Source: Candidatus Dormiibacterota bacterium
GTDB lineage: Bacteria; Chloroflexota; Dormibacteria; Aeolococcales; Bog-877
Assembly (NCBI GenBank): GCA_013044295.1
Contig: JABEUU010000086.1
Coordinates: forward strand, 1 to 50,944
Reading direction: 5' to 3'
Length of the DNA: 50,944 nucleotides
Both the position numbers and the translations under genes were made by a program. Under the pieces are notes generated by a model, which saw nothing but the letters and a program-made list of their open reading frames with translations, was not told the DNA's origin and did not search any database. Positions within the stretch are counted from its first letter, which is position 1, and every line of letters begins with the position of its first letter. Shown here piece by piece: positions 25,541 to 34,699 of this stretch.

Positions 25541-26920
25541 TTGAGCTTGTCCTCGGACCAGCTCTGGACTGCGGCGCAAGAGGAGTTGCGCTTCCAGGTG
25601 AGCCGCCCGGGGTACGAGGCCTGGCTCAAGAACGCCCGCCTGCTCAGCTTTGACGAGGATCTTGCCAGGGCGGTGATATCGGTGCCCACGCCCCTGGCAC
25701 GGGACTGGGTCAGTGACCGCTATGCCGCGGTGATCCGGGAGACTCTCTCTGCACTCCTCAACCGCGACGTCGAGGTTGAGTTCGCAGTCCAGACCTCGGG
25801 CGCGGAGGGCCTCCCCTTGGCCCAGCTCACCAGTGGGGGCACTGGATGGGCTAACGAGAGCCCCTCCGAGAGCATCGCCGAGACCGTGCCCGGCCTGAAC
25901 CCGAGATACACCTTCTCGGCCTTCGTGGTGGGCAACAGCTCTCGCTTCGCCCAGGCCGCCTGCCGCGCCGTCGCCGACTCCCCTAGCCGGGCTTACAACC
26001 CGCTCTTTCTGTATGGCGGCGTGGGCTTGGGCAAGACCCACCTGATGCACGCGGTCGGCCACGCGGTCTGGCAGAGCCACCGGCAACGGGTTGCCTACGT
26101 GACCTCTGAGAGCTTCATGAACCAGATGATCACCTCCATCCAGGAAAACCGGATGGCGGAGTTCCGGACCCGGTACCGGACCGTGGACGTTCTGCTGGTG
26201 GACGACATCCAGTTCCTGGCCGGCAAGGACCGCACTCAGGAGGAGTTCTTCCATACCTTCAACGCCCTCCAGGAGGTCAACCGCCAGATCGTGATCACCA
26301 GCGACCGCCCCCCGCGCGAGATCCCGACCCTGGAGGAGCGGTTGAGAACCCGGTTCGAGGGTGGCCTGATGGCTGACATCCAACCCCCCGACTTCGAGAC
26401 CCGACTGGCGATCCTGCGCAGCAAGCTCGGTCCATCTCAGGGATGGGTGGGCGAGGATGTCCTCTCCTTCATCGCCCACAACATCAAGAAGAACATTCGT
26501 GAGCTTGAGGGCGCTCTCACCAGGGTCCTGGCCCACGCTTCCATCACTGGCAGCGGCAGCCCATCCCTGGACGAGGTTTCAGAGATGCTCCGGGACATCA
26601 TCCCCACCGCCGACTCCCGGCCCATCTCGGTGGAGGCGGTCCAGGTGCTGGTGGCGGAGTACTACGGGATAACGGTCAAGGAGATGATCAGCAAGCGCCG
26701 CGACAAGCACATCGTGTTCCCGCGCCAGGTGGCGATGTACCTCATCCGGGAGGAGATCGCTATGAGCCTGCCGGCCATCGGACTGGTCTTCGGCGGCCGC
26801 GACCACACCACAGTCCTCCACTCCTACGAGAAGATCTCGAACGACATTAAGGAGGATCCCAGGGTCGCTGAGGACATCGCCCGGCTGCGCGACCAACTGC
26901 GTCCCAACTGGACTCCTTGA
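25541..26920 (+). CDS. dnaA: Chromosomal replication initiator DnaA
   Basis: The Walker A is LFLYGGVGLGKTHL, the Walker B is LLVDDIQFL, and IVITSDRPP is present. NIRELEGAL is the sensor/box VII region. Domain IV is FGGRDHTTVLHSYEKI. The start is TTG. Confidence 0.95.
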   Translation: MSLSSDQLWTAAQEELRFQVSRPGYEAWLKNARLLSFDEDLARAVISVPTPLARDWVSDRYAAVIRETLSALLNRDVEVEFAVQTSGAEGLPLAQLTSGGTGWANESPSESIAETVPGLNPRYTFSAFVVGNSSRFAQAACRAVADSPSRAYNPLFLYGGVGLGKTHLMHAVGHAVWQSHRQRVAYVTSESFMNQMITSIQENRMAEFRTRYRTVDVLLVDDIQFLAGKDRTQEEFFHTFNALQEVNRQIVITSDRPPREIPTLEERLRTRFEGGLMADIQPPDFETRLAILRSKLGPSQGWVGEDVLSFIAHNIKKNIRELEGALTRVLAHASITGSGSPSLDEVSEMLRDIIPTADSRPISVEAVQVLVAEYYGITVKEMISKRRDKHIVFPRQVAMYLIREEIAMSLPAIGLVFGGRDHTTVLHSYEKISNDIKEDPRVAEDIARLRDQLRPNWTP

Positions 26921-27182
26921 ACACAGCTTGTCCAGTGTCCCTGGGGAACAGACCACCACAGCTGGGGGCAACCGTCTGGGTGCCGGGAGCGGTTCACAAG
27001 CTGCTGCCAACCGCGACTTTTGTACACAGGATCTCCCCGCGACTTCCGAGATCAAAGGAAGTACCTTTACACAGGCTTCACTCCCCTACTATGACTACGT
27101 TTCTAAAACCTGTTTCCTTCGTCTCGGGAGGCCTGTTCACAAGTCCCCGGGCTGAAGACATACCGCGAAGGAGGCAAAGCAG
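26921..27182. promoter_or_regulatory. oriC: Candidate oriC core (dnaA-dnaN spacer)
   Basis: Box-like 9-mers are TTGTACACA (27019-27027), CTTTACACA (27065-27073), CGGTTCACA (26990-26998) and CTGTTCACA (27133-27141). GTTCACAAG occurs exactly twice. The CTA-CTA-TGA-CTA trinucleotide run (27086-27098) is followed by the locally AT-rich GTTTCTAAAACCTGTTTCC. Gene orientation switches at rpmH/dnaA. Confidence 0.5.
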
Positions 27183-28316
27183 TTGAAGTGCACGATCTCT
27201 CCCCAACAATTGGGAGCAGGTCTGGCGGCGGTCACTCGGGCAGTTTCCAGCCGCAACACGTTGCCTATTCTCAGCAACGTCCTGGTGGAGGCCAGAGAGG
27301 GCGCTCTCGAACTCACAGCGACCAACCTCGATCTCACCATCCATCACACCATGGCGGCCGAGGTAGAGCAGCCGGGGATTGTCACGGTCCCGGCACGGAT
27401 CCTCTCCGAGTTCGTCAGCTCCCTGCCGGAGCAGCCTCTCAGCTGGAATCTGGACGCGGTGCACCAGACCGTCCGCCTTCAGAGCGGCCGCTTCGACGCC
27501 CACGTGCGCGGGATCGACGCGGCCGAATTCCCACCTCTTCCCGAGGTCGGCGCCGGCGATTCCCTGGAGCTGGATCCCCAGGTCCTGCTGCGCGGGATCG
27601 ACCAGACGGTGATCGCGGCCAGCGGAGACGAGGGACGGCCGATCTACACCGGTGTGCTGATAGAGTTCGACGGCCCGGAGGTAACCATGGTCGCCACCGA
27701 TGGGCACCGCCTCGCGGTCAGGGTAATCCGCCTCGCCGACGGCAGCCCCGAGCCTCGCGACAAGTTCGGGATCATAGTTCCCGGTCGGGCCCTGGTCGAG
27801 CTGTCCAGGCTGCTCAAGCCACTGGTTTCGGGGCCGGCCTCGGTGACTCTCTCGGTGTCCGAGTCCAGGTCCCAGGTACGCTTCCAGCTTCCTGGCTACG
27901 AACTCATCACCAGACTGATAGACGGCGTGTATCCCGGCTATGAGAAGGTGATCCCGAGCGGGGCCCAGACGACCGTGACGGTCTCGACCGAGGAGTTGCG
28001 GCGGACGACTCGAGTGGTCTCCCTGTTTGCCCGTGACGCCGCCAACGTCCTGAAGCTCCGGTGTGAACCAGGCCAGCTGGTGCTGTCGGCCAACACCAAC
28101 GAGGTGGGGGACAACGTGGCCAGCGTGGACGCCACCGTGGACGGGGACAGCCTGGGGATTGCCTTCAACGCCAAATACGTCAGCGATGTCCTGAGCCTGC
28201 TGGATTCCCCGGAAGCTGAGCTGATTTTGAACGGCCCCCTAGCTCCCGGGCTGATTCGGGCCCCCGGAGACGACAGCTACCGCTACGTGATCATGCCGGT
28301 CAGGGTGGCGCTCTAG
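27183..28316 (+). CDS. dnaN: DNA polymerase III beta sliding clamp
   Basis: Motifs are LPILSNVLVEA, LELTATNLDL, ATDGHRLA and the C-terminal YVIMPVR. The TTG start has a GAAGGAGG SD. Confidence 0.93.
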   Translation: MKCTISPQQLGAGLAAVTRAVSSRNTLPILSNVLVEAREGALELTATNLDLTIHHTMAAEVEQPGIVTVPARILSEFVSSLPEQPLSWNLDAVHQTVRLQSGRFDAHVRGIDAAEFPPLPEVGAGDSLELDPQVLLRGIDQTVIAASGDEGRPIYTGVLIEFDGPEVTMVATDGHRLAVRVIRLADGSPEPRDKFGIIVPGRALVELSRLLKPLVSGPASVTLSVSESRSQVRFQLPGYELITRLIDGVYPGYEKVIPSGAQTTVTVSTEELRRTTRVVSLFARDAANVLKLRCEPGQLVLSANTNEVGDNVASVDATVDGDSLGIAFNAKYVSDVLSLLDSPEAELILNGPLAPGLIRAPGDDSYRYVIMPVRVAL

Positions 28317-28338
28317 GCCTTACCGCCAGCTTGCTTCT

Positions 28339-29472
28339 TTGTACATATCCCAGCTGAGGCTGCTCAACTTCCGGATCTACCGGGAGGCAGAGGTAGACCT
28401 GCTGCCAGGGGTGAACCTGGTGCTGGGCGCCAATGGTGGTGGGAAGACCAGCCTGCTGGAGGCGATTGCAACGCTGGCCCTGACCAGGTCGCCTCGGTCC
28501 GCTTCGATCGCTGACTTCGCCACCTGGGAGCACTCCGAGATGGGCGTATCAGCGACCCTGAGTGCTGGGTCAGGGAAGGTCAACCTCGAGTTCAGAGCCA
28601 GCCGGCAAACGGAAGCGGGGCGCTGGGCGAGGCGGCTGCGTCGGGAGGGCCAGCCGGCCGGGTCACGGCAGATGCTGGGAACCCTGGGAGTGGTCCTCTT
28701 CTGGCCCGAGGATCTGCTGCTGATCAAGGGCGGCCCAGAGCCCAGGAGACGGATGCTGGACGTGGTGCTGAGCCAACTCTCGCCGGCCTATGCCGAGAGC
28801 GCGGTAAGGTACCGGCGGGCAGTAGATCACCGCAATGCCGTGCTCCGGGCGATCCGGGAGGGAGCCGCTAGATCCGCCGACCTGGTGCCCTGGAGCGAGG
28901 CGCTAGCCACCCATGGGACGGAGATTATGGCCGCCCGCCGCGGCTATCTGCAGCAGGCGGGAGAGGTGGCCGCCGAAGCCGCGGCGGGAATGGGCGAGCG
29001 CGGCGATGTGCAACTCGTCTACCGGCCCGGGCTGGGCGGGTTGAGGGATCAGCCGGAAGGTGACTACGCCAGGCTCCTCCATGCGGCCATGGCACCACGG
29101 CTGGCGGAGGAGATCGCCAGGGCGCAATCGCTGGTCGGGCCCCACCGCGACGACTTCGAAGTCGCCCTGGGAGGGCAGCCGGCGCGGCAGTTCGCGTCCC
29201 AGGGGCAGCAGCGCTCCCTGGTTCTGGCCCTCAAGGTTGCCGAGGTGAGACGGCACGTGCTGGACCGGGGTGAGGCCCCCGTGCTGCTGCTGGACGACGT
29301 GCTCTCGGAGCTAGATCACGTGCATCGCACCGGCCTGATCGGCCTGCTCAGCTCCGGCCTGCACGTGGAGCAGACCCTGATAACCGCCACCGAGGAGCAG
29401 GGAATCACCGCGGCGGTGGCGGTGGCCCAGGTCCTGGACGTGACCCAGGGCCAGGCCCGGGTCAGGCCCTGA
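28339..29472 (+). CDS. recF: DNA replication and repair protein RecF
   Basis: Motifs are FRIYRE, the Walker A LGANGGGKTSLLEAI, the signature FASQGQQRSLVLALKVAE and the Walker B VLLLDDVLSELD. Confidence 0.9.
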   Translation: MYISQLRLLNFRIYREAEVDLLPGVNLVLGANGGGKTSLLEAIATLALTRSPRSASIADFATWEHSEMGVSATLSAGSGKVNLEFRASRQTEAGRWARRLRREGQPAGSRQMLGTLGVVLFWPEDLLLIKGGPEPRRRMLDVVLSQLSPAYAESAVRYRRAVDHRNAVLRAIREGAARSADLVPWSEALATHGTEIMAARRGYLQQAGEVAAEAAAGMGERGDVQLVYRPGLGGLRDQPEGDYARLLHAAMAPRLAEEIARAQSLVGPHRDDFEVALGGQPARQFASQGQQRSLVLALKVAEVRRHVLDRGEAPVLLLDDVLSELDHVHRTGLIGLLSSGLHVEQTLITATEEQGITAAVAVAQVLDVTQGQARVRP

Positions 29473-29487
29473 GCGCATGCTTGCAAG

Positions 29488-29775
29488 GTGGAGAGAATCG
29501 AGGAGATCCTGCCGCGGGTGCTGCGTCGCCTAGGGGGCACCCGGCAGGTTCGGCAGGCCCGCGTGGAAGAGGCTCTGGGGCGCGCCTGCGGTGACTACCT
29601 GAGAGCCCACGTCCGGGTGGTGGCGGTGGAGGGAACCACCCTGGTGCTGGCCTGTGCCCATCCCGCTATCGCCCACCAGCTGCAGATGGACTCGGCGCGA
29701 GTGCTGGAACAGGTCAACTCCAATTTGCCAGATCCGCACCTGAAGCGCCTTCGTTTCGTGACGGAGAGTGGCTGA
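29488..29775 (+). CDS. DUF721 (DciA-like) protein
   Basis: This 95-aa protein lies directly after recF. The pattern is ...ILPRVLRRLG...AHVRVVAVEGTTLVLACAHPAIAHQLQMDSARVLEQVN, which is typical of DUF721. Confidence 0.7.
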   Translation: MERIEEILPRVLRRLGGTRQVRQARVEEALGRACGDYLRAHVRVVAVEGTTLVLACAHPAIAHQLQMDSARVLEQVNSNLPDPHLKRLRFVTESG

Positions 29776-29802
29776 CGAGGCTTGTCCCGGGTGGCGCGGG
29801 CT

Positions 29803-30957
29803 TCACAGCCGGGCCAAGATCTGGCTGGCGGCAAGCGCCGCGGCGTCCGGTCTGGCCCAGGCTGCCGCCCCTGACTGCAGCGACGCCATCAGAGGGTCAC
29901 CATCGGCGACCAGCCTTCCGAGCACCTCAAGCAGCTGGGCTGGCCCGGTGACGGCTATTCCAGCCCCGGCATCGACCAGCAGCTCAAGGTTGGACCGCTC
30001 CTGTCCCGGCAGGGCATCGCTGACCAGGATCGCCAGTCCGGCCGCCGCCGCCTCGGCCAGGGCGCTGGGTCCCGCCTTGCCCACGTAGACGTCGGCTGCC
30101 AGCAGCCAGCGGGCGGGGTCTGGGGTATAGGGAATTGCCTCCAGGGGCATCGGCTGGGCCTGGCCCCTGGCCCATCGCAGCAGGGAACGATTGCGGCCGC
30201 ACAAGACCAGCAGATGGAGTGGGAGCTGGCTCGTGAGCATGGCCCTCAGCAGCGGTCGAAGCTTGCCGGCGCCCTCGGCCCCTCCCCCAACCACCACGCA
30301 GAGCCTCTGCTCGTCTATCCCAAGCTCTAGGCGCAGGCGTCTTCTGGTGGCGGGCCCGGCCAGAGCCCCGATTCCTGGGTCGATGGGCAGGCCGACGTCC
30401 ACCACCTGAGTCGCCGGGATGCCCTGGTTGACGCACCAGCTGCTGGCAACAAAGGAAGGGCTTAGGAAGAGGGAGCTAGGTGGCGACAGCCAACCGGGGT
30501 GGACCAGCGCCAGGTCAGTGACTATGGTCAGCATCCGGGCCGGCTCGGAGAGGCTGTTGGCGGCCACCTGAGCCGCCAGCCCGAGCAGGGGATGGCAGTT
30601 GACCACGACCCGAGGCTGGCGCTCCTGGGTCAGCCTGGTCATTGCCGGAGCCAGCCCGGAGAGCAGAAAGCGTTCCAGGGTTCGGCGCGGCCAGGACTTG
30701 GCGAAGGTCCGGAACAGGGCCCCCCAAAGCGAAGGCGAGGCGCGCACCAAAGGACCGTAGCTGACGAACAGGGCGCGAGCTCCGAGGCCGGCACCGCCGG
30801 CCAGGGGGTCGTCGATGGCCACTCGAACCGAGCCGTGTGTCTGCTCGAGGATCGCCGCCCGGACCGCCTCGGCCACCCGCCGGTGGCCGCCCCCGGTGCT
30901 GGTGACCCAGAGCTGAACCTCCGCCACGCCGGAGTTCCGGGCCGGCGGATCAGACAT
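29803..30957 (-). CDS. MGDG-synthase / GT28-like glycosyltransferase (diacylglycerol glycosyltransferase-like)
   Basis: The N-terminal WVTSTGGGHRRVAEAV is a typical GGGH motif, and the C-terminal GKAGPSALAEAAAAGLAILV is present. I trimmed to ATG 30957. Upstream, the track ORF is P/R/S-rich and looks non-coding. Confidence 0.75.
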   Translation of the reverse strand: MSDPPARNSGVAEVQLWVTSTGGGHRRVAEAVRAAILEQTHGSVRVAIDDPLAGGAGLGARALFVSYGPLVRASPSLWGALFRTFAKSWPRRTLERFLLSGLAPAMTRLTQERQPRVVVNCHPLLGLAAQVAANSLSEPARMLTIVTDLALVHPGWLSPPSSLFLSPSFVASSWCVNQGIPATQVVDVGLPIDPGIGALAGPATRRRLRLELGIDEQRLCVVVGGGAEGAGKLRPLLRAMLTSQLPLHLLVLCGRNRSLLRWARGQAQPMPLEAIPYTPDPARWLLAADVYVGKAGPSALAEAAAAGLAILVSDALPGQERSNLELLVDAGAGIAVTGPAQLLEVLGRLVADGDPLMASLQSGAAAWARPDAAALAASQILARL

Positions 30958-31269
30958 CGGTTCGGGGAGCTGCTGAAGAGCGGCGCTGCCGGGAGAGTAC
31001 GGGCGAGCCCGTCTGCGAGACGCCAGCCCCGGCGAACTCAGCGCCTTCCCGGGCCGGGCCGGCTGGGCCAGGTCGGCGGTCAGTTCCGTCAAGCCCCGCA
31101 GGGGCTTCGTGGGCGAGGCTCGGCCGCCACCCCTGGGCAGCCGACGGCAGCGGTCTCCAGCGGCTGCGACGCAGCTTGCTGGGGATGCCGACCAGGGGTC
31201 GAGTGAGGAGAAGCAACAGGGTGGATGGTAGAGTGAAGTCAGCGGTCGCGGGGGGGGAGGTTCGCGACC

Positions 31270-32361
31270 TTGTGCCAAATACCAGGGTGGATCACCATCG
31301 GGGTCTCATGTACAGCGCCCCTCGGGGCCCAGGAACACTTGAACCAGGCGGGTGCCGGCCTTCGCTGCGAGGTGGTCGAGACCGCCGAGGGCCTGCGGGA
31401 CCTGCGCGACAGCTGGCGTGAACTGGAAGACTTGGGAGACCAGCTCAATCCGTTCCTGACCTGGGACTGGCAGTGGAGCTGGTGGGAGACCTTTGGGTCG
31501 GACTACGAGCCGCGCTGCCTGCTGGTGTTGGTCGGGGACACCCTGATCGGCCTGGTGCCGCTATGCGTCGCCCGGGCTGAGCCGCGCCGACTTCTCTTTG
31601 GAGGCGGCCTCAACCTGTCCGACCAGCTGGGCTACCTGCATCTGCCCGGTCGGGAGCTGGAGGTGGCCGGCGCCACTCTGGACTGGGCCGACGGGACTCC
31701 CCTCGACCTTCACTTCCTACCCCAAGATTCGGCCCCTCTGATGGCCCTCAAGGAGGCGGCGGTGGCCAGAGGCCTGACTGTGGAGGAGCATCCCGACGAG
31801 GTTAGCCCTGGGCTGTCCCTGCCCCGCGAGTTCGAGACCTACCTGACGGCCTGCCTGGGCAAGAAGGACCGTCACGAGTTGAGGCGCAAGTACCGTCGTC
31901 TCGGCGACGAGCGGCCGGACTGGCACATGATCACCCAGGATGACATCGGCCTGGAGCCGGCGCTGACCTCGTTCCTGGGCCTCCTGCAGGCCAGCGGGGA
32001 GCACAAGCGGGAATTCCTCACCCCCGCGGTCCGGGAGTTCTTCACCCGGATCTCCAGGCGCTTTCAAGAGCGGGGCTGGTTACGGATCCAACTCCTCGAG
32101 GCTCAGGGAGAGGTGCTGGCCGGGATCTACGGGTTCACCGAAGGCGCCGTGTGGCACCTCTACAACTCCGGGTACGACCCCAACCACGGATCACTCTCGC
32201 CGGGCCTGCTCTGCGTGGCGGAGGGGATCCGGGCCGCCATCGAAGAGGGCTGCACCAGGGCAGACATGCTCCGCGGCAACGAGCCGTACAAGTACCGGCT
32301 GGGGGCTGCCGACTGGCCCCTCCAGCGGCTCCTGATCACCTGGCCGGCGGCGTCCTCGTGA
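31270..32361 (+). CDS. CelD/BioF2-like GNAT acetyltransferase (Fem-fold)
   Basis: Motifs are NPFLTWDWQWSWWETFG, the GNAT core LAGIYGFTEGAVWHLYNSGYDP and GNEPYKYRLGA. The start is uncertain (TTG 31270 or TTG about 31342). Confidence 0.7.
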   Translation: MCQIPGWITIGVSCTAPLGAQEHLNQAGAGLRCEVVETAEGLRDLRDSWRELEDLGDQLNPFLTWDWQWSWWETFGSDYEPRCLLVLVGDTLIGLVPLCVARAEPRRLLFGGGLNLSDQLGYLHLPGRELEVAGATLDWADGTPLDLHFLPQDSAPLMALKEAAVARGLTVEEHPDEVSPGLSLPREFETYLTACLGKKDRHELRRKYRRLGDERPDWHMITQDDIGLEPALTSFLGLLQASGEHKREFLTPAVREFFTRISRRFQERGWLRIQLLEAQGEVLAGIYGFTEGAVWHLYNSGYDPNHGSLSPGLLCVAEGIRAAIEEGCTRADMLRGNEPYKYRLGAADWPLQRLLITWPAASS

Positions 32362-33638
32362 CCGCTCTGCTGCACCAGGGGCACGATGAAGAGGCCATCG
32401 CCTTCCTCTCCCTGCACGCCTCCCCGCTGGCCCGCCTGGGCAAGCGCGAAAACGGAGGCCTCAGCGTGTACGTCCGGGGTGTCTGCGAAGAGCTGGGGGC
32501 GCGCGGGATCCACACCGACGTGTTCGTCCGGCGCACCGACCCGGATCAGCCGGAGGAGCAGGTCATGGGTCCGCGGAGCCGCATCATCGCCGTCTCGGCG
32601 GGTCCTTCCCGACCCTTGCCGAAGTACCAGCTGCCGCTGACGAGGGCGGAGTACCTGGCCGGGGTACGCCAGTTCATCTCCCAATCCCAGCGGAACTACA
32701 CCGCCGTCCACAGCCACTACTGGCTGAGCGCCGAGGCGGGCGCGGCGCTGACCGAGGACCTGGGGCTCCCCTGGCTTCACACCGCCCACACCCTGGCCGC
32801 TGTCAAGGGAGAGCTGGGCTTCGACGGCGACGGTCCGGAGCGGCTGGTGGCAGAGCGGAGGGCGGTCGCCGCCGGAGCCAAGCTGGTCGCCAACACCAGC
32901 GCGGAGGCCAACGACCTGAGGCGCCACTACGGAGCTCTACCGGGGCAGTGCATGGTGGCCCCGCCCGGAGTGGACCTGGTTCTGTTCCAGCCCAGGGACG
33001 CGTCGCGGCTGCGAGCCCGCTTGGGGCTCGAGGGCAGGAAGGTTGTCCTCTTCGCCGGCCGCCTGGAGCCGCTCAAGGGGCCGGACACCCTTCTGGACGC
33101 CTTCGCCCTCTTGCCCGGCGTCGGGGGGCTGGCGGAGCCGGCCCAGCTCCTCTTCGTTGGGGAGCTGAGCAGCGAGGGGGCGCGGGTGGGCCAGCGGCGG
33201 GAGATGCAGGAGAGAGTGGCGAGTTTGGGCCTCTCCAACCAGGTCTCCTTTCTCGGCGCCCAGCCTCAGGAGCGGCTGGCCCTGCTGTACTGCCTGGCGG
33301 ACGTGGTGGTGATGCCCTCCCACACAGAGTCCTTCGGGCTGGTGGCCCTGGAGGCGCAGGCATGCGGCACCCCGGTGGTCGGGGCCGCGGTGGGCGGGCT
33401 GCGGGAGGTGATCGCCGACGGCCAGACCGGCTACCTGGTGAAGGGGCGGGAGCCGCAGGACTACGCGGCCGCGATAGCCAAGGTGCTGGTGGCGGCGCCG
33501 GCCGCGGCCGAGCGCATGGGCCACGCGGCCTGGCAGCGGGCCCAGAGGTTTTCCTGGGAGCGGACCGTAGACCTCCTGCTGCCTGAGTACGGGTTGGCCC
33601 CGAAGCTGGCGGTGGCCGTCGGCAGGGGGTGCCGCTGA
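32358..33638 (+). CDS. GT4 glycosyltransferase, MshA-like (D-inositol-3-phosphate glycosyltransferase family)
   Basis: Motifs are IAFLSLHASPLARLGKRENGGLSVYV, HSHYWLS, and the E-x7-E region PSHTESFGLVALEAQACGTPVVG. The GTG 32358 start overlaps the upstream stop (GTGA). Confidence 0.85.
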   Translation: MTALLHQGHDEEAIAFLSLHASPLARLGKRENGGLSVYVRGVCEELGARGIHTDVFVRRTDPDQPEEQVMGPRSRIIAVSAGPSRPLPKYQLPLTRAEYLAGVRQFISQSQRNYTAVHSHYWLSAEAGAALTEDLGLPWLHTAHTLAAVKGELGFDGDGPERLVAERRAVAAGAKLVANTSAEANDLRRHYGALPGQCMVAPPGVDLVLFQPRDASRLRARLGLEGRKVVLFAGRLEPLKGPDTLLDAFALLPGVGGLAEPAQLLFVGELSSEGARVGQRREMQERVASLGLSNQVSFLGAQPQERLALLYCLADVVVMPSHTESFGLVALEAQACGTPVVGAAVGGLREVIADGQTGYLVKGREPQDYAAAIAKVLVAAPAAAERMGHAAWQRAQRFSWERTVDLLLPEYGLAPKLAVAVGRGCR

Positions 33639-33676
33639 GCCGATCCGCAGGAGCGCGGCCCCGCCCGTGGGCGCGA

Positions 33677-34567
33677 TCAGCCGGCCCAGATCCCGAGGGC
33701 CAGCAGCACCGATCCGGCCGCCAGCACCGCGCCCATCTGCGCCAGCGCCCGGACCTGCAACCTAGGGTCCCCGCTGGCCGAGTTGCGCAGCGGCCCATCC
33801 AGGGTTGGTACCACCAGCCAGGGTAGAAACACGGTGAAGTGCTCGATCCCGGGGATGGCGATGAAGAGGGGGACCGCCAGGGCCAGCGCGACCAACCCCA
33901 GCAGCAGTCGGCTGGACCTCTGGGCGCCCAGGATCACGGCCAGGGTGCGCTTGCCGACTGCGGCGTCCGTGGGGATGTCGCGGATGTTGTTGATCAGGAG
34001 CAGGGCGGCGGCCAGGGCACCGGGCAGAATCGAGGCCAGCACCGCCAGGGGGCCGACCCTGCCGACCTCCACGTACACGGTTCCGCAGGTGGCCACCAGC
34101 CCGAAGAATACGAACACCGCCAGCTCCCCGTAGCCTCGGTAGCCGTAGGGTCGAGGCCCGCCGGTGTACAGCCAGGCGGCCAGGAGGCAGACTGCTCCGA
34201 CTCCCAGCAGCCACCACGAGGTGACCGCGCAGAGCCAGACCCCAATCAGGGCGGCCACGAGGAAGGACGCCAGCGCGGCGCCCAGCACCAGCCCGGGTGG
34301 GATCACACCGGAAGCCGCGGCTCGGGGAGGTCCGAGCCGGCTGGCCGTGTCGGCGCCGCGATGGAAGTCGGAGTAGTCGTTGGCGTAGTTGACCCCGAAT
34401 TGAAGGGCCACCGCCACCCCGAGCGCGGCCAGGCTCCGGCTCCAGCTGACGCCGCCAAGGTGCGCGGCCACCCCCAGGCCCACCACCACCGGCGAGATGG
34501 AGGCCGCCAGGGTGGCGGGGCGCGAGGCATGCCACCAGAGCCGACCCACGGTGACGGGCACGGTCAT
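33677..34567 (-). CDS. menA: UbiA-family prenyltransferase, 1,4-dihydroxy-2-naphthoate polyprenyltransferase-like
   Basis: The Asp-rich motifs are NDYSDFHRGAD and NNIRDIPTD. Multiple TM helices are present. I trimmed to ATG 34567. Confidence 0.8.
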   Translation of the reverse strand: MTVPVTVGRLWWHASRPATLAASISPVVVGLGVAAHLGGVSWSRSLAALGVAVALQFGVNYANDYSDFHRGADTASRLGPPRAAASGVIPPGLVLGAALASFLVAALIGVWLCAVTSWWLLGVGAVCLLAAWLYTGGPRPYGYRGYGELAVFVFFGLVATCGTVYVEVGRVGPLAVLASILPGALAAALLLINNIRDIPTDAAVGKRTLAVILGAQRSSRLLLGLVALALAVPLFIAIPGIEHFTVFLPWLVVPTLDGPLRNSASGDPRLQVRALAQMGAVLAAGSVLLALGIWAG

Positions 34568-34699
34568 GGGTTGGCCCCAGTCTTGGGAAGCCCCGGGAGG
34601 GAGGGAGTCCCCCCCAACGCTCCCCCTCCCCGGCCAGACACCTTCTCTGCCACCAGGGACTGGCTGCTGGCCCACTCGGGCGCGGCGCCGGCGGCGGCC

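Noticed and set aside
31244-31269. The hairpin GGTCGCG-(gggggggaggtt)-CGCGACC, which places an SD-like GGGAGG in its loop immediately before TTG 31270, considered as a translational switch.
   Set aside because: It is a single short stem in GC-rich DNA. The real start of the CelD-like gene is uncertain (a TTG near 31342 is equally plausible), so no regulatory role can be supported.
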